From NCBI RefSeq assembly GCF_964355755.1, contig NC_092671.1, positions 18,414,001-18,478,000 of the forward strand: a DNA stretch of 64,000 nucleotides, written 5' to 3'. A program made the translations under genes and the position numbers. Shown piece after piece: positions 24,713 through 38,199 of this stretch. Numbering within the stretch: the stretch's first letter is position 1; each line of letters begins with the position of its first letter. The DNA is from Antedon mediterranea. Its lineage: Eukaryota > Animalia > Echinodermata. The notes under the pieces are model-generated. The model had not been told where the DNA came from. It ran no database searches and saw only the letters and a program-made list of their open reading frames with translations.

Positions 24713-25569
24713 CTGGGCTCTTCTGAAACTTGGGGGTATATTGGCTTCGGTTCATTTGCATATGTCAATACGTAATCTCAGAGGTTACTGATTAGTCCTA
24801 AGTTGATCCAGGGGTGTTTGAGTAGAAGTGATTAACGGTATAATAAGGTATTTCTATGATGGATGACACTGTCAAATCTGTACTTAAATAGTGTCAATCT
24901 CTCCTGGTTTAACGATGGGAAAGGTCATAAAATTAAGCTAAGTGTTTTCTTTAGGGATTCGATTATAAACTAAATGGACTTTTAAAACATCTGGACAAAC
25001 TCTCCTCTGGACTTCCTGGGCCAAGTTCGTGAACTTATTTGAACTCTAATACAAAGGTTGATTTCTTAATTATAAAAGTATATCACTATATTACAATATA
25101 CTGCAATTGAACATAATAAAGTAAACAATAAAAATACAGATATAAACATTTAAAAATTGCGAGGCATCAAATTGAACAATCATTACAATTGAATCTAAAA
25201 ATATATAAATATAAATGTTATGTACAGATAAAAATGATTGTTTAAAGATAAAAAAATAAGTTTACCCATGGTCCACCAAAGCTTCCCTATTTTAACATTG
25301 TTTCGAAATCGAAAAGTCATGAACACTTATGTATAGCATGGCGAGCAAGCTAGACTTAAACGATTCATAATAATTATTATTATACAAAAAAAATGTGTTA
25401 CTTTTGTAAACAATCAACATTTACATTCCTAAATTCAGTTTCCCGTCTTGCTTTGGTAACAAAAATACAATAGAATTATTGTATTGGAAACTACAACAAA
25501 CTATTGCTTGGCTGGAATTGTATAATTATTTTACTAGTCTCCTTCCTCGTTTTTTTTTGTTTACAGAAA

Positions 25570-25639
25570 ATGATGATGATAATAATACCAATGGTCGTTC
25601 TTTTCTTCAATTATACATCTATGATTGAAGGGAATGCAG
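25570..25639 (+). CDS. Gene B coding exon 1: signal peptide MMMIIIPMVVLFFNYTSMIEGNA(G)
   Basis: tttttttgtttacag| acceptor, ATG at 25570, phase-1 donor GCAG|GTAAA; 70 nt; homologous to 5610..5679. Confidence 0.8.
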
Positions 25640-26027
25640 GTAAATTATAACAATGTTTTGTTTTGATGAATAGGCCATCCATTGGGATCAACATATTATA
25701 TTCCGGCGAGTTCGCTAACGTCTACAGATAATAATTGAACTTAAATTTGAGTAAATTTAAATTGTTTCACAATTTATGATGTATCACCTAGACCATAATT
25801 ATTCTCAACTTATGGCTCAACTTTATAAACATATTAATGCCATTAGTAATGTTGTTACATGTAGGCAGTGTATCTGGTTATATGTGGAAAAAATCACGTC
25901 GTCATTCAACGATTTGCTATCTAAAGTTAGACATAGCTTCGAATTTTCAACATTACCAGGATGATAGGCTGTGTATTTGAAACAGCAGTGAACTGGTATT
26001 TATTGAATTGTTTGTGTCTTCTTATAG

Positions 26028-26423
26028 GTTGTCGGTATATTGCTTTTAAAACATACAAGGTTATTTATCTGCCTCCAAATCTAACCAGTTTTAGTATTAC
26101 TGGTAATGTAGATGTCAATCACCATTTTCGTGTGCTTTACACGTTTACGTCAGAGATTATGCCAACACAAGATGGTTTTAAGTGTGAAATCAAAGTAATG
26201 GGTAGTATAGGCCTATACGAATTCAGCGGTAATTGTGGCTCCAATACACAGAGTGCAAAAGTGGAAAATCCGCCAGATACCATTAGTATAAAGTATGCGA
26301 ATGGCACTATTTATGTTATTCATGCAGACGGGTCTGTTATTTTTCAATCACCACATCAAGAGCCATTTCTTCCAAGATATTTTTGGTATAATGTAAACGC
26401 AGAGGCGTCAGATTGCAGATTAG
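26028..26423 (+). CDS. Gene B coding exon 2: beta-rich extracellular domain, divergent FAMeT-like by eye
   Basis: tcttcttatag|G acceptor inside ORF 25961..26470; GCRYIAFKTYKVIYLPPNLTSFSITG...DTISIKYANGTIYVIHADGS...FLPRYFWYNVNAEASDCRL; donor G|GTAAG; 396 nt. Confidence 0.88.
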
Positions 26424-27746
26424 GTAAGTACATTTATAACTCGCATTTCCCGATGCAATTTATAAACTAAGCTTGTACAGAATATACTGTAAAAAAAGCG
26501 CCCCTCAATACGAATTACAAAATCATTACAAAAGTCACAACTATTTTACCATACAAAGTGTAATTTTAGTAAAAAAAGGTGACCACCTCGCGCTTACGGG
26601 AGGTACCAAATGCACTAATTAGATGGAAAAAACAAACGGGTTTTTAAAGTGCGGCCGTTAAGGGAGGTGACTTGTGGTTTGATGGTTACACAATATAAAT
26701 TTAGCATTCGGAAACACATAGGCAAATTTAAGGTGATCAAAGCATACGTCAGTTAGTATGAATGTGATGGTATCAATCATGGCTTAATAACACTTGACGC
26801 ATCGGTGCTTGACGGAGAGATAAAAAAAAAATTACGGCCACAGCGGTACACAGAGTATATCAGAAAATGTTTTTTAGATTTCCACATTCTCACTAGAAGC
26901 TTTTCCTACGTTTAGTTAAGTATATTCCAATCAAACTTACGGATATGACATTATATGAAAACATTTTTTCTTAAAAAACACAATTTTTTTAATGTGTATG
27001 TGGGCATGATATGTGTTAATTTGTCAAATTGAAATAACATGTGTTCTTGGGGAACAATCGGTTTCAGGTCCATGTTAAAAAGGATCGGCAAAAACGTTAT
27101 CGTCGACGTCTCTACTGATCCCGTAATGCCACTTGTGCATAAGCCTACATTTAGACTGGTTATGGTGACTAGTGTTACTCTCCAGTGGATTAGTATTAGG
27201 TATCCATTCACCGCATAACATCTGTTACTTTAAATTGCTTTCTTAATTGTATTCATAAGTTGTTGGATTTGAATATAACTGAAGGAAACATACATACATA
27301 TTTATAGAATATCTTGCTATTTTTTTTTTGTTCTTCGCAAAAAAACATACATTTTGCCACCAAATTCACTAAAATACGTGACGTAAAATCTGAGCAAAAT
27401 TCTAAATAAATAAATAGAGGAAAAGTGGTAAAGTAACAAACTAAATTGATGAGACATACAAGATGGTGATTAAGAATCTTTATGCCTAAAGTACTAAAAG
27501 ATCTAGTAATTAATACAGAAACCACAGTAAATCATACAAAACAAAGTTACATTATTGTATAATATTATTATAATTAACTAATAATTCATAAGTGCTATAT
27601 TATTTGTTTAATTAAAAACACTTGCCTTTACCTTATTAAGTGGGTAAGTCTTTGCCAGATTTTAATAAATTCTCTAACAAATTTGAAAAAAAAAAATGTT
27701 AATGTGCTAGAGTTATTTTTAACAAGCAATGTTTAATATTATGTAG

Positions 27747-28358
27747 ATATGGGGCCAACATGTTTATCATTGAAGGATGTCCCTCTTGGAGAAACGACGT
27801 GTATTGAATGTACTTGGGACCTATGGTATAATAGGTGTGAAGGATGCCTATCGAACCCAGACGCAGACTGTGAGGATTATGTTGCATTACAAACTATAAC
27901 TACAGATTCTCAAACTACAACTGCTTCTCTTATAACACCAGTGCCTACAACTAATAAAGTCACTACAGATTTTCAAACTACTGATACTCCGACTACTAAG
28001 TCTCCAACTACAACTGCGGCTCTTACAACACCAGGACTTACAGATCATGAAGCAACTACAGATTCTCAAATCACTGATGCCCCAACTACTAATTCTCCAA
28101 CTACAACTGCTTCTCTTACAACACCAGTGCCTACAACTAATGAAGCCACTACAGATTTTCAAACTACTGATGCTCCAACTACAGCTCCTACAACACCGGT
28201 ACTTACAACTAATGAAGTCACTACATATTCCCAAACCAATGATTCCCCAACTACTAAGTCTCCTACTACAACTGCGACTCCTACACCGGTATCTAATAAA
28301 GCCACTACGACTATAATTGGACCTTTTGAGGAATCTAGTACTAAACCGAATGAAGCAG
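27747..28358 (+). CDS. Gene B coding exon 3: 6-Cys module + tandemly repeated Thr/Pro mucin stalk
   Basis: atgtag|AT acceptor; frame of ORF 27749..28378; ~31-aa repeats TTASLxTPVPTTNxxTTDFQTTDxPTTxSPT; donor GCAG|GTATG; phase 1-1. Confidence 0.87.
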
Positions 28359-29104
28359 GTATGTCTAATGAATGTTAAACAAATAACTTTAAATAATACA
28401 AGAAACCGCGAGAGCAAAACTTTAGAATATAGACTTTTGACGTTTTATTTTTATTATTTGCAGTTTTATTTAGTTTACAATTAATAATTCATCATAACCT
28501 CCTATGAATATGTTAAACATTCTCTATAGTCCGGTGGCAGGAGGAGGAATCCCTACCCGAAAGGGGAATTACCACCCAAAAGGGGACAAATTGCCATTTA
28601 ACCTTTCTAGACCAGAATTTTCCGTAGATTGCGAATCTGGAAGGTAATTGATATAGGAAGAGTTTCGAGATATAAGCGGACAAAGTTAAAAAATTACCAA
28701 TTACAACAATGCATTATGTAAGAAGCACAATTTGGTCTTTTATTACATATAGATTATAGGTGTCAATCACCTTATGAAAAAAAGTTCCTTGATTAAGGGT
28801 CAAATGCCAAACGTAGGCCTACCTATAAAACCAAATAAAAACTAATATTTAAAAAAAATTGGATATTTTCTCATCCTGTTAATCAATCATACGCAATGTA
28901 AAAAGAGCAAAATACATAATTTAATCAGTTGACATAAGGTCAATTTCATCAGTTGTCATAGGTCAGAGGTCAACATTTTAATATGCGTATTAGTTACCAA
29001 ATAAATTCAAACTATGACATCGATAGTTTTACAAGTAATCAAATTATTGGATCAGTAAAGTTATGTTATTTGATTATAAATTTTTTTTCGACTACAGTCG
29101 TTTC

Positions 29105-29470
<366 letters not shown>

Positions 29471-29699
29471 CATAGCATATATATATATAATTTGAAACAA
29501 TAAAGATAGATAGAGATAGCTAATTTTTTTTCGACTACAGTGATACATAAATATATATATAGGCTACACAGCAAAATTTGAAATTCTAAGCAAGAAAAAA
29601 AAATCTTGTTTTAAGAAAAAATTCTTAAAATAAGTATTTTTTTTCTTGTCAAGATTTAAAATTACTTAAAACAAGAAATAAATTTCTAGAAAAGACACA

Positions 29700-31115
29700 T
29701 TTTCTTAAATTAAGTTTTGCAATATTCTTGAAAATGCTTATTACAAGAAATATTTTACTTAAAATAAGAAGTCAATATCATTCTCTTCTTATTAAGAATA
29801 GTTTTGCTTAAAACAAGATTTGAAAATACTTAATTTGAAAAGTATTTTACTTAAAATAAGAAATCTATATTATATTTATCCCTATCAAGAATAATTTTTC
29901 TTAAATCAAGATTGATGAATTATAAAAATTACTTAAAACAATCAATATTTTTCTAGGTAAGACAAAGTTTCTTAAATTAGGTTTCGCAATAGTCTTGAAA
30001 ATACTTGTTTTGAGAAATATTTTACTTAAAATAAGAAGTCAATTTCACACTACCCTTATCAAGATTATTTTTACTTGAATCAAGATTCGCAATATTCTTG
30101 AAAATGCTTATTACAAGAAATATTTTACTTAAAATAAGAAGTCAATATCATTCTCTTCTTATTAAGAATAGTTTTGCTTAAAACAAGATTTGAAAATACT
30201 TAATTTGAAAAGTATTTTACTTAAAATAAGAAATCAATATTATATTTATCCCTATCAAGAATAATTTTTCTTAAATCAAGATTGATGAATTCTAAAAATT
30301 ACTTAAAACAATAAATATTTTTCTAGGTAAGACAAAGTTTCTTAAATTAGGTTTCGCAATATTCTTAAAAATACTTATTTTGAGAAATGTTTTACTTAAA
30401 ATAAGAAGTCAATATCATACTATCTTATCAAGACTATTTTTGCTTAAATTGAGATTCGCAATATTTTTAAAAATACTTATTTTGAGAAATGTTTTACTTA
30501 AAATAAGAAGTCAATATCATACTATCTTATCAAGACTATTTTTACTTGAATCAAGATTCGCAATATTCTTAAAAATACTTATTTCGAGAAATGTTTTACT
30601 TAAAATAAGAAGTCAATATCATACTATCTTATCAAGACTATTTTTGCTTAAATTGAGATTCGCAATATTTTAAAAAATACTTATTTTGAAAAATGTTTTA
30701 CTTAAAATAAGAAGTCAATATCATACTATCCTATCAAGACTATTTTTGCTTGAATTCAGATTCGCAATATTCTGATTTTGAGAAATGTTTTACTTAAAAT
30801 AAGAAGTCAATATCATACTATCTTATCAAGACTATTTTTACTTGAATCAAGATTCGCAATATTCTTTAAAATACTTATTTTGAGAAATGTTTTACTTAAA
30901 ATAAGAAGTCAATATCATACTATCTTATCAAGACTATTTTTGCTTAAATTGAGATTCGCAATATTTTTAAAAATACTTATTTTGAGAAATGTTTTACTTA
31001 AGATAAGAAGTCAATATCATACTATATCCTATCAAGACTATTTTTGCTTGAATTGAAGTCAATTCTTTTTTAATATTCTGAAAAATACTTATTTTGAGAA
31101 ATGTTTTACTTAAAA
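29700..31115. repeat. Left subterminal array of the CACTA element, ~102-bp unit
   Basis: 34-codon periodicity in ORFs 30380 and 30778. Confidence 0.9.
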
Positions 31116-31134
31116 TAGATTGTCATCCTTATAT

Positions 31135-32045
31135 TCACACAACGGTAGAGCAGTTAGCACTTCAGTTTCAACTGATGAAAGAATCTGGGTAATCAAACTG
31201 TTTGTGCTTTGAATAATCGATTGCACTGCAACCTAAAGGAAATAATATTGATTTAATATTTTTTATATTCAAGTTTTAATATGTTTAAAAACTAAGTTGT
31301 GCTTTAGTTGGGGAGCTATGCAGCCTAACAAAAAAAATGTTATTTGTAACAATGAAATTGGTCACAAAAAAATGCAACATAAACTTAGAGTGTATAATGC
31401 CTAGGCCTAGGCCTAGTACCCAAGTCCTGTAGTTACTATAGCTAATAGTCCTGTATAATAACAGTACCAGCAAGGCCTAGGAAATAGACGTATTTCTCTA
31501 ATAAAAAATAGTTTAAAATACATAATTGTTGTAATTTTAAAGCAAAATGGCTTACCTGTGGAATCTTGTTTCTCTCCTTTAATTTTAGTAGAAAGAAATC
31601 AGCATTTTTTATACTATTATCTGCTTGTTCATCCTCTAGTTAGTAGGCCTTCTTGCTGAGCATCAACAAGATAATTAATATTAAACAATCATTAACAGTA
31701 TAACAATACTAGAATTATCACTACTACTATCGTCAGTTGATAAATCATCCCCGTTATAATAGTTTTTTTCTTCATTAACTTCGTCAGTCTCCTAGTCTAG
31801 GCCTAGTTCTACTTCCTCCTCAATTGGCATCCTCGTTTTCTCCAGGCATACTTATATACTGATGTTTCCATCGTCAACTGCAGGAGGTTGCCGATTGTTA
31901 TACTCGTCCTTAAAATGGCGTCTTATGACATGCTTGTAAAACGAATTGTAAATTCCAAAGCTTGCCGGGCAGCGAACCACCAATTCCACATGTTACTCGA
32001 AAATTCGAAGTATTTCCATGAATTGAATTATAATGCCTTAGCAAA
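31135..32045 (-). pseudogene. CACTA transposase 5' relic (C2H2 fingers and a following exon; catalytic core absent)
   Basis: Minus strand LLRHYNSIHGNTSNFRVTCGIGG/CPASFGIYNSFYKHVIRRH (frameshift at /) at ~31910-32045; exon-like tttag|VAVQSIIQSTNSLITQILSSVETEV at ~31135-31232. Confidence 0.55.
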
Positions 32046-32451
32046 TAGGGTAGCAAATACTGTACCTACTTCAGTTTACTGGCACCAACTTATCGCTTTT
32101 TTTCGGACTGCAACAAACATGTGTCATTATTATTGTCTGTCGTATTACTGTTGGTCCAGACGTTTTATAGATTTGCTTTAACCACCATGGAGGTTTATAC
32201 CTCCATGCTTTAACGTTAAGCAGTATAATGACCTTATACATTCTGGGTAAAAGGCCAGCGATAAATTTTTGGTTATAGTTGAAAAACAACACTGTGTGTG
32301 GTCGATGACCTAGCTCCCGGCGGGATCATGGCCAACGGTTTTTTAAAGTAATCATTCAAAATCTAGAGTTTGTAAGTACTGTAAAAGACACCTTTCATAG
32401 CAATTTATATATTAAATGCTTCAATAGGCCTAGTAAGATTAGTCTAATATA

Positions 32452-34509
32452 ATGTCGAAGGAAGACGCTTTGTTGAAGATCCGAGAAATAGATGAAGAAG
32501 TGGCCAACATTTTAACAGGTTCGTAGGCCTAATAATTATATTTTAATCTACCAGCAGTCTAGGCCTAGCCTAGGCTCCTTCCTATTTAGTAATACTGTAG
32601 GCCTGGAACTAGTAGGTCTAGGCTAGCCTACTATGCCTGTACTGACGGACAGGTGTATAGGTTTAGCTTAGCATTTTAGTTCAGACATTGACAGAGGGGA
32701 CAAATATTGTCGGACCTATTTCAGCTAGGTATAAGGAAGGCCTAATAATAGATAATACAATTATAATGTAACAGTTATTTTGCAATGTAGCCATGAAATA
32801 TTTACGAAGGATTATATTATATACACATATTCCAATGAGAAATATAATGACATTTAAAAACACTTCTTTATATTTAATTAATTGTACACACTAAGTAATC
32901 ACATCGATATTGAAACTTAATGTTTTTAACTCTAAATTTTTAAAAAAACATACTAAAAAAACAAACAAAAAACATACGTACTGCATAACTAAAATTGTTA
33001 TATTAAATTTCTTTTTTTATCTTAAATTATTTGTTAGGTAATTGAAGAAGTTCGAAGGATACTAATTATTACTAGGCAAAGAGGAATGAAATACAAAAGA
33101 AAGCTTTTTAAAAAAGTGCTTAGCAAATTTTTCCAAAGAAGAGAATAATATAGTTTATTTTGGTATTTTAAAGAGAAACACCAGTCCTCCATCTGGTAAG
33201 TACAGTGTATGTTTTTGTACTTTTATCTATTCATAAATATTTTTATAATGGACCAATGGTAGTGAGGAAAATACGTGTACATATTGTGTACGTATTTTTA
33301 ACAGCTTGGTTCGACTCAAGCTAGTGTCATGTACTCCTCCCTTTGACAACTAAAATTAAATAAATGACTTATGAATATTAATTTTTGACATATTAATGCT
33401 CTCCTGGCCAGCCCACCCTTTCCCCTTCATTTTACATTGACCACCTACAAAACTGTAGGCTACATTATTAAAAATTTGAGCTACAGTATATCAAGTTTAT
33501 GTCCATACATTATTCCACTCATTTAAATAAATTTATATAATATAATGTTTTCAATTTGTTATTTTTGGTTAGGTTCAAAGATAACCCATATGTTGTCAAA
33601 TCTGTCAAACATATTTGTTGGGAAAAACTCATCAAAAAAAGTCTGCCGACCTTGAAGGTATTTAGAATACAAGTAACATTATGTACATTAAAAAAAAAAT
33701 ATCTTAAAGTGTTTTTTTAAAATCAAATTTATCTTAGCTTAAAATTCGAGGTATATACTATGTTTACAATAATTTATTAAAATCAAACAATTAAACAAAA
33801 TTTACATTTAATTGTATGATTGTTATTATAAACATTGATACAGAATAAAAACATCAATCAGGATTGAGCACCGTTTTGCCTAAATAGTAATATTAAAAAT
33901 AAATTTAGACCCTAATAATTTAACTAAAAATAATAGATACAGCCAGGCCTGTCTTTGGGATCGGTATAAACAGGGCAAAGTTTGTGATTAAAAAGTTCAA
34001 ATGCATATTCCACCCACCCTTATGTCTTATAATGTAAAACTATTCTTACCACCGTTCTAATATTGCGTCATGTTTTTGTGTTTACCGCCCCAGATATAGG
34101 ACTCTAAAACCACACCGTACCCAATTAGTTGATGATGTTACACATATTTTAAATACAGTAATAACTAAAACTATATTAATCTCTTTTCATTTTTAGGAAC
34201 ATTAATAAAGATCCAGAATCCTGGTCTTCACGCCGATCAGGTAATATGCCGGTATTGCTTTTGGACACAGAAATGGCCTACATTAAAGTTTAGCAAACAA
34301 TTCTAACTACAAAGAAAGCAAAATTAGATGAGGCTCTAGTTACTCTCCTCTCCACTTTTTACCTTCTGGATTTCGATTATCCAAAATGAAAAGAAGTAGG
34401 CCTCACTATCCTTTAACAGTTAGTGATTTGTGATGAAAACACACCTGTACACTTGACAAAGGCTGTTGAATCATCATTAGTATACATTAATAAATTTAAA
34501 GACACCTAA
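32452..34509 (+). pseudogene. CACTA second gene relic (multi-exon, SAMD3-like C-terminus)
   Basis: Exon MSKEDALLKIREIDEEVANILT|gt (32452-32518); exon-like blocks at ~33039 and ~33573; last exon 34197-34509 YIKV*QTIL..LDEALVTLLSTFYLLDFDYPK*..L*QLV with stops. Confidence 0.6.
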
Positions 34510-34967
34510 TAGTTTAAAGCCCAGGTGCGGGAGAAGAATTTTACGAAATTTGTATTTTACCATTTTAATGTTTTTAAGTTTTCTTTTGATGGCATTTTAT
34601 TATTAATAAAAACAAGTTTGTTTTAAAGAAGTTGTATATATTATTGTATCTAATGTCATGTAAATTGTAGTTCTTAATGAAAATAACAGTATTGTTAATA
34701 TTATGTTTTATAACATTCTTGAATTTATTTGTTTAAGTAAAATATTACTTAAAATGAGTATTCATTTATCGTTCTTAAAATAAATTTTTAGTGATTTATA
34801 TTTTATAGAATTCTTGTTTCAAGCAATTTTTTTCCCAATATAAGTAAGAATTTACGAATTTTAATTTGATAGAATTCTTGTTTCAAGCAATACTTTTCTT
34901 AAAATAAGTAAACATTTACTGGTTTTTATTTGATAGACTTCTTGTTTACTTATTTTAAAAAAAGTTT

Positions 34968-36245
34968 TGCTTGAAACAAGAATTCTACAAATAAAAATCG
35001 GAATATTCTTACTTATTTTAAGAAATATATTGCTTGAAACAAGAAAACTAAAAATATAAATCGGAATATTCTTACTTATTTTAAGAAAAATATTGCTTAA
35101 AACAAGAATTCTAAAAAATACAAACCGGAATATTCTTACTTATTTTAAGAAAAATATTGCTTGAAACAAGAATTCTACAAATAAAAATCGGAATATTCTT
35201 ACTTATTTTAAGAAATATATTGCTTGAAACAAGAATTCAAAAAATACAAATCGGAATATTCTTACTTATTTTAAGAAAAATATTGCTTAAAACAAGAATT
35301 CAAAAAATACAAATCGGAATATTCTTACTTATTTTAAGAAAAATATTGCTTGAAACAAGAATTCAAAAAATACAAATCGGAATATTCTTATTTTAAGAAA
35401 TATATTGCTTGAAACAAGAATATTAAAATTAAAAATCGGAATATTCTTACTTATTTTAAGAAAAATATTGCTTAAAACAAGAATTCTAAAAAATACAAAT
35501 CGGAATATTCTTACTTATTTTAAGAAAAATATTGCTTGAAACAAGAATTCTACAAATAAAAATCGGAATATTCTTACTTATTTTAAGAAATATTTTGCTT
35601 GAAACAAGAATTCAAAAAATACAAATCGGAATATTCTTACTTATTTTAAGAAAAAAATTGCTTGAAACAAGAATTCAAAAAATAAAAATCGGAATATTCT
35701 TACTTATTTTAAGAAAAATATTGCTTGAAACAAGAATTCAAAAAATACAAATCGGAATATTCTTACTTATTTTAAGAAAAATATTGCTTGAAACAAGAAT
35801 TCAAAAAATAAAAATCGGAATATTCTTACTTATTTTAAGAAAAATATTGCTTGAAACAAGAATTCAAAAAATAAAAATCGGAATATTCTTACTTATTTTA
35901 AGAAATATCTTGCTTGAAACAAGAATTAAAAAAAATACAAATCGGAATATTCTTACTTATTTTAAGAAATATATTGCTTGAAACAAGAATTCTATAAAAT
36001 ACAAATCGGAATATTCTTACTTATTTTAAGAAATATCTTGCTTGAAACAAGAATTCAAAAAAATACAAATCGGAATATTCTTACTTATTTTAAGAAATAT
36101 ATTGCTTGAAACAAGAATTCTATAAAATACAAATCGGAATATTCTTACTTATTTTAAGAAATATATTGCTTGAAACAAGAAAACTAAAAATATAAATCGG
36201 AATATTCTTACTTATTTTAAGAAAAATATTGCTTGAAACAAGAAT
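34968..36245. repeat. Right subterminal array of the CACTA element, 63-bp unit, ~20 copies
   Basis: Unit ttgcttgaaacaagaattcaaaaaatacaaatcggaatattcttacttattttaagaaaaata. Confidence 0.92.
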
Positions 36246-36736
36246 TCTATTTTAAAAAATCGATAAATTGTTACTTATTTTAAGGCAGATACTGCTTAAA
36301 AAAAGAATGAAAAAAGCAATTAAATTCTTGGTAAGAATATTGTTCTTAAAGTATTATTTCTTGGTAAGTATAATTTTCTTGATAAGAATTTGTGTGATTC
36401 TTGTTAAGAATTTTACGATTCTTGGTAAGCCAAAAAGTATTGAAATACGGACAAGTCAAAATTTACTTGTTTCAAGAAATATTTTGCTTGAAACAAGTTT
36501 TTTTTTTCTTAAAACAAGAATCAGAATTTTGCTGTGTATATATGTATCACTGTAGTCGAACAAAAATTATAATCAAATAACATAACTTTACTGATCCAAT
36601 ATAATATATATATATATAAAAATCAAAAGGCAAATTACTGAAAGAAATGACAATGCTGTGGGTATCAGTGGCCTATTATATATATATATAAATAAATAAA
36701 ATAACAACAGAAAACTTGGTTACTTCATTGTTTTAA

Positions 36737-38186
36737 CTAGATGGTACGCTCGCTTCGCTCGCGTACCATCTAGGTCGTGCCCACAGATGGTTCTCGAATA
36801 CATAATAATTTCAGCGTTAAAAACTGGCGATTTCAAATGTACGTACCACAGGACAATAATACATGTCGTTTACGGGAACGAATAAATAGACACTGTGATT
36901 TATGTACTGAACTAAAATTAGCACCCTGGGAATTACTTCCGAAAGAGAAACTTGTCACAAAATGAGACCAATTGTTTAAGTCAAATTTAAACAAACTTAA
37001 TTTGTGTTTTGTATGTAACATTAGGGTTGAGGGATGGGAAAGAGGATGGGTGCAAAGAGGAACAATTTTTAAATATATTCTTTATCCATGTAGTAACGAA
37101 ATATTAATTGTTTTCATGTTTTACAAATAATATACCACTAAACACAGTAAAACATTGCGATGTAATACTTTGTTGAAACTATCACCGTCCTAGTCGATTG
37201 AAATAGTACAGTACATGTAACGATACATCACTACGACGTGTATAATATGTTTATATAATGTAAAACAATTTGTGAAAACCACCCCTATTCGTGGCAAATC
37301 ATAAATTCGATTTAATCGTCAATAAATATTAAATTATCTAACTCAACTTAATTAGTAGGCCTAATGGTTTTCAATTGTTTCTTAGAGCCAATTCATACTT
37401 AAGTTGGTTCCTAACCCTACCCACCAAAGTTGTTCTGCGTTTAGGGCATGTGATGCACCGTAGGCCTATCCTCTACTGGCTTTACAACGCTACTCATGCC
37501 AGTGAGGGAAGGGTGATGATGTCACGTGGGTGGTTTAACTGCAATAATAAAGATTTGTACATAATATACGGCGACTGAAAACGCTAGCTCATTATCCGTT
37601 AAAAAAAATCTATATCCAACCTCTGCAGCACATATTGAAAAAAAATGGATCGAATTTCTGTTATGAGTATACAGTACTTGCCTTTACGACGCCTGAGGGA
37701 ATAGACACTTGTGGAACAGATATTGGAATGTTCCATTCATTTCAAATCAATACATTTGCATAAACGTATATTAAATCTATCAAAATAGTATTTTTTAAAG
37801 AAAATCGGCCTGTCTTCAACATTATGATACTGTACTCGAGCTGTTCAACCGGTTTTCAGCTATTAAAAACAATTATCGTAGGAGGAGATAGGAAAATGCG
37901 AAGCCTCCTCGCATTTTTGTGGCGGGTATTTTTCAAGATGGACATCCATTAGACAGTGTATACCACGATCGGAAAACACCCCTATTTGGGGCAAATCGTT
38001 GAACCTAAATTCGTTTTAATCATCAATAACTAATTATCTAACTTAATTTAATTAGTAAACAGGGTTACGTCAGGTGGTTAAAATCAGTACCGAAAGTACG
38101 AACCAACTTTATATACCATCGAGTAAAAATTGTAAAAGTAAGGCGCGATTTACCGAATTTTGCCCTTACGTAAATTTATATATAGA
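36737..38186 (-). mobile_element. Non-autonomous Helitron H1
   Basis: Minus strand A|TCTATATATAAATTTACG ... CTAGATGGTACGCGAGCGAAGCGAGCGTACCATCTAG|T: 5' TC, 3' hairpin + CTAG, A|T target, no TSD. Confidence 0.88.
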
Positions 38187-38199
38187 TCACTACAAATCT

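Larger units (their letters stand above)
29567..36536. mobile_element. Non-autonomous CACTA/EnSpm DNA transposon, copy 1 (in gene B intron 3)
   Basis: TIR CACAGCAAAATT..AATTTTGCTGTG, 2-bp TSD TA, subterminal tandem arrays of CTT-N5-AAG motifs, relics of two divergent internal genes. Second copy at 51042. Confidence 0.88.

Noticed and set aside
26208-26215. TAGGCCTA in gene B exon 2 as an in-frame footprint
   Set aside because: Aligns without a gap to gene A (IGLYEF vs VGYYEF), so substitution explains it.
25961-26470. Single-exon 169-aa gene as given in the ORF track
   Set aside because: Homology to gene A starts and ends exactly at the splice sites 26028 and 26423; the flanking codons are intronic.
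30380-36245. Repeat proteins or CRISPR-like arrays in the 102-bp and 63-bp repeats
   Set aside because: No unique spacers, no cas genes, eukaryotic context; the arrays lie inside transposon TIRs.
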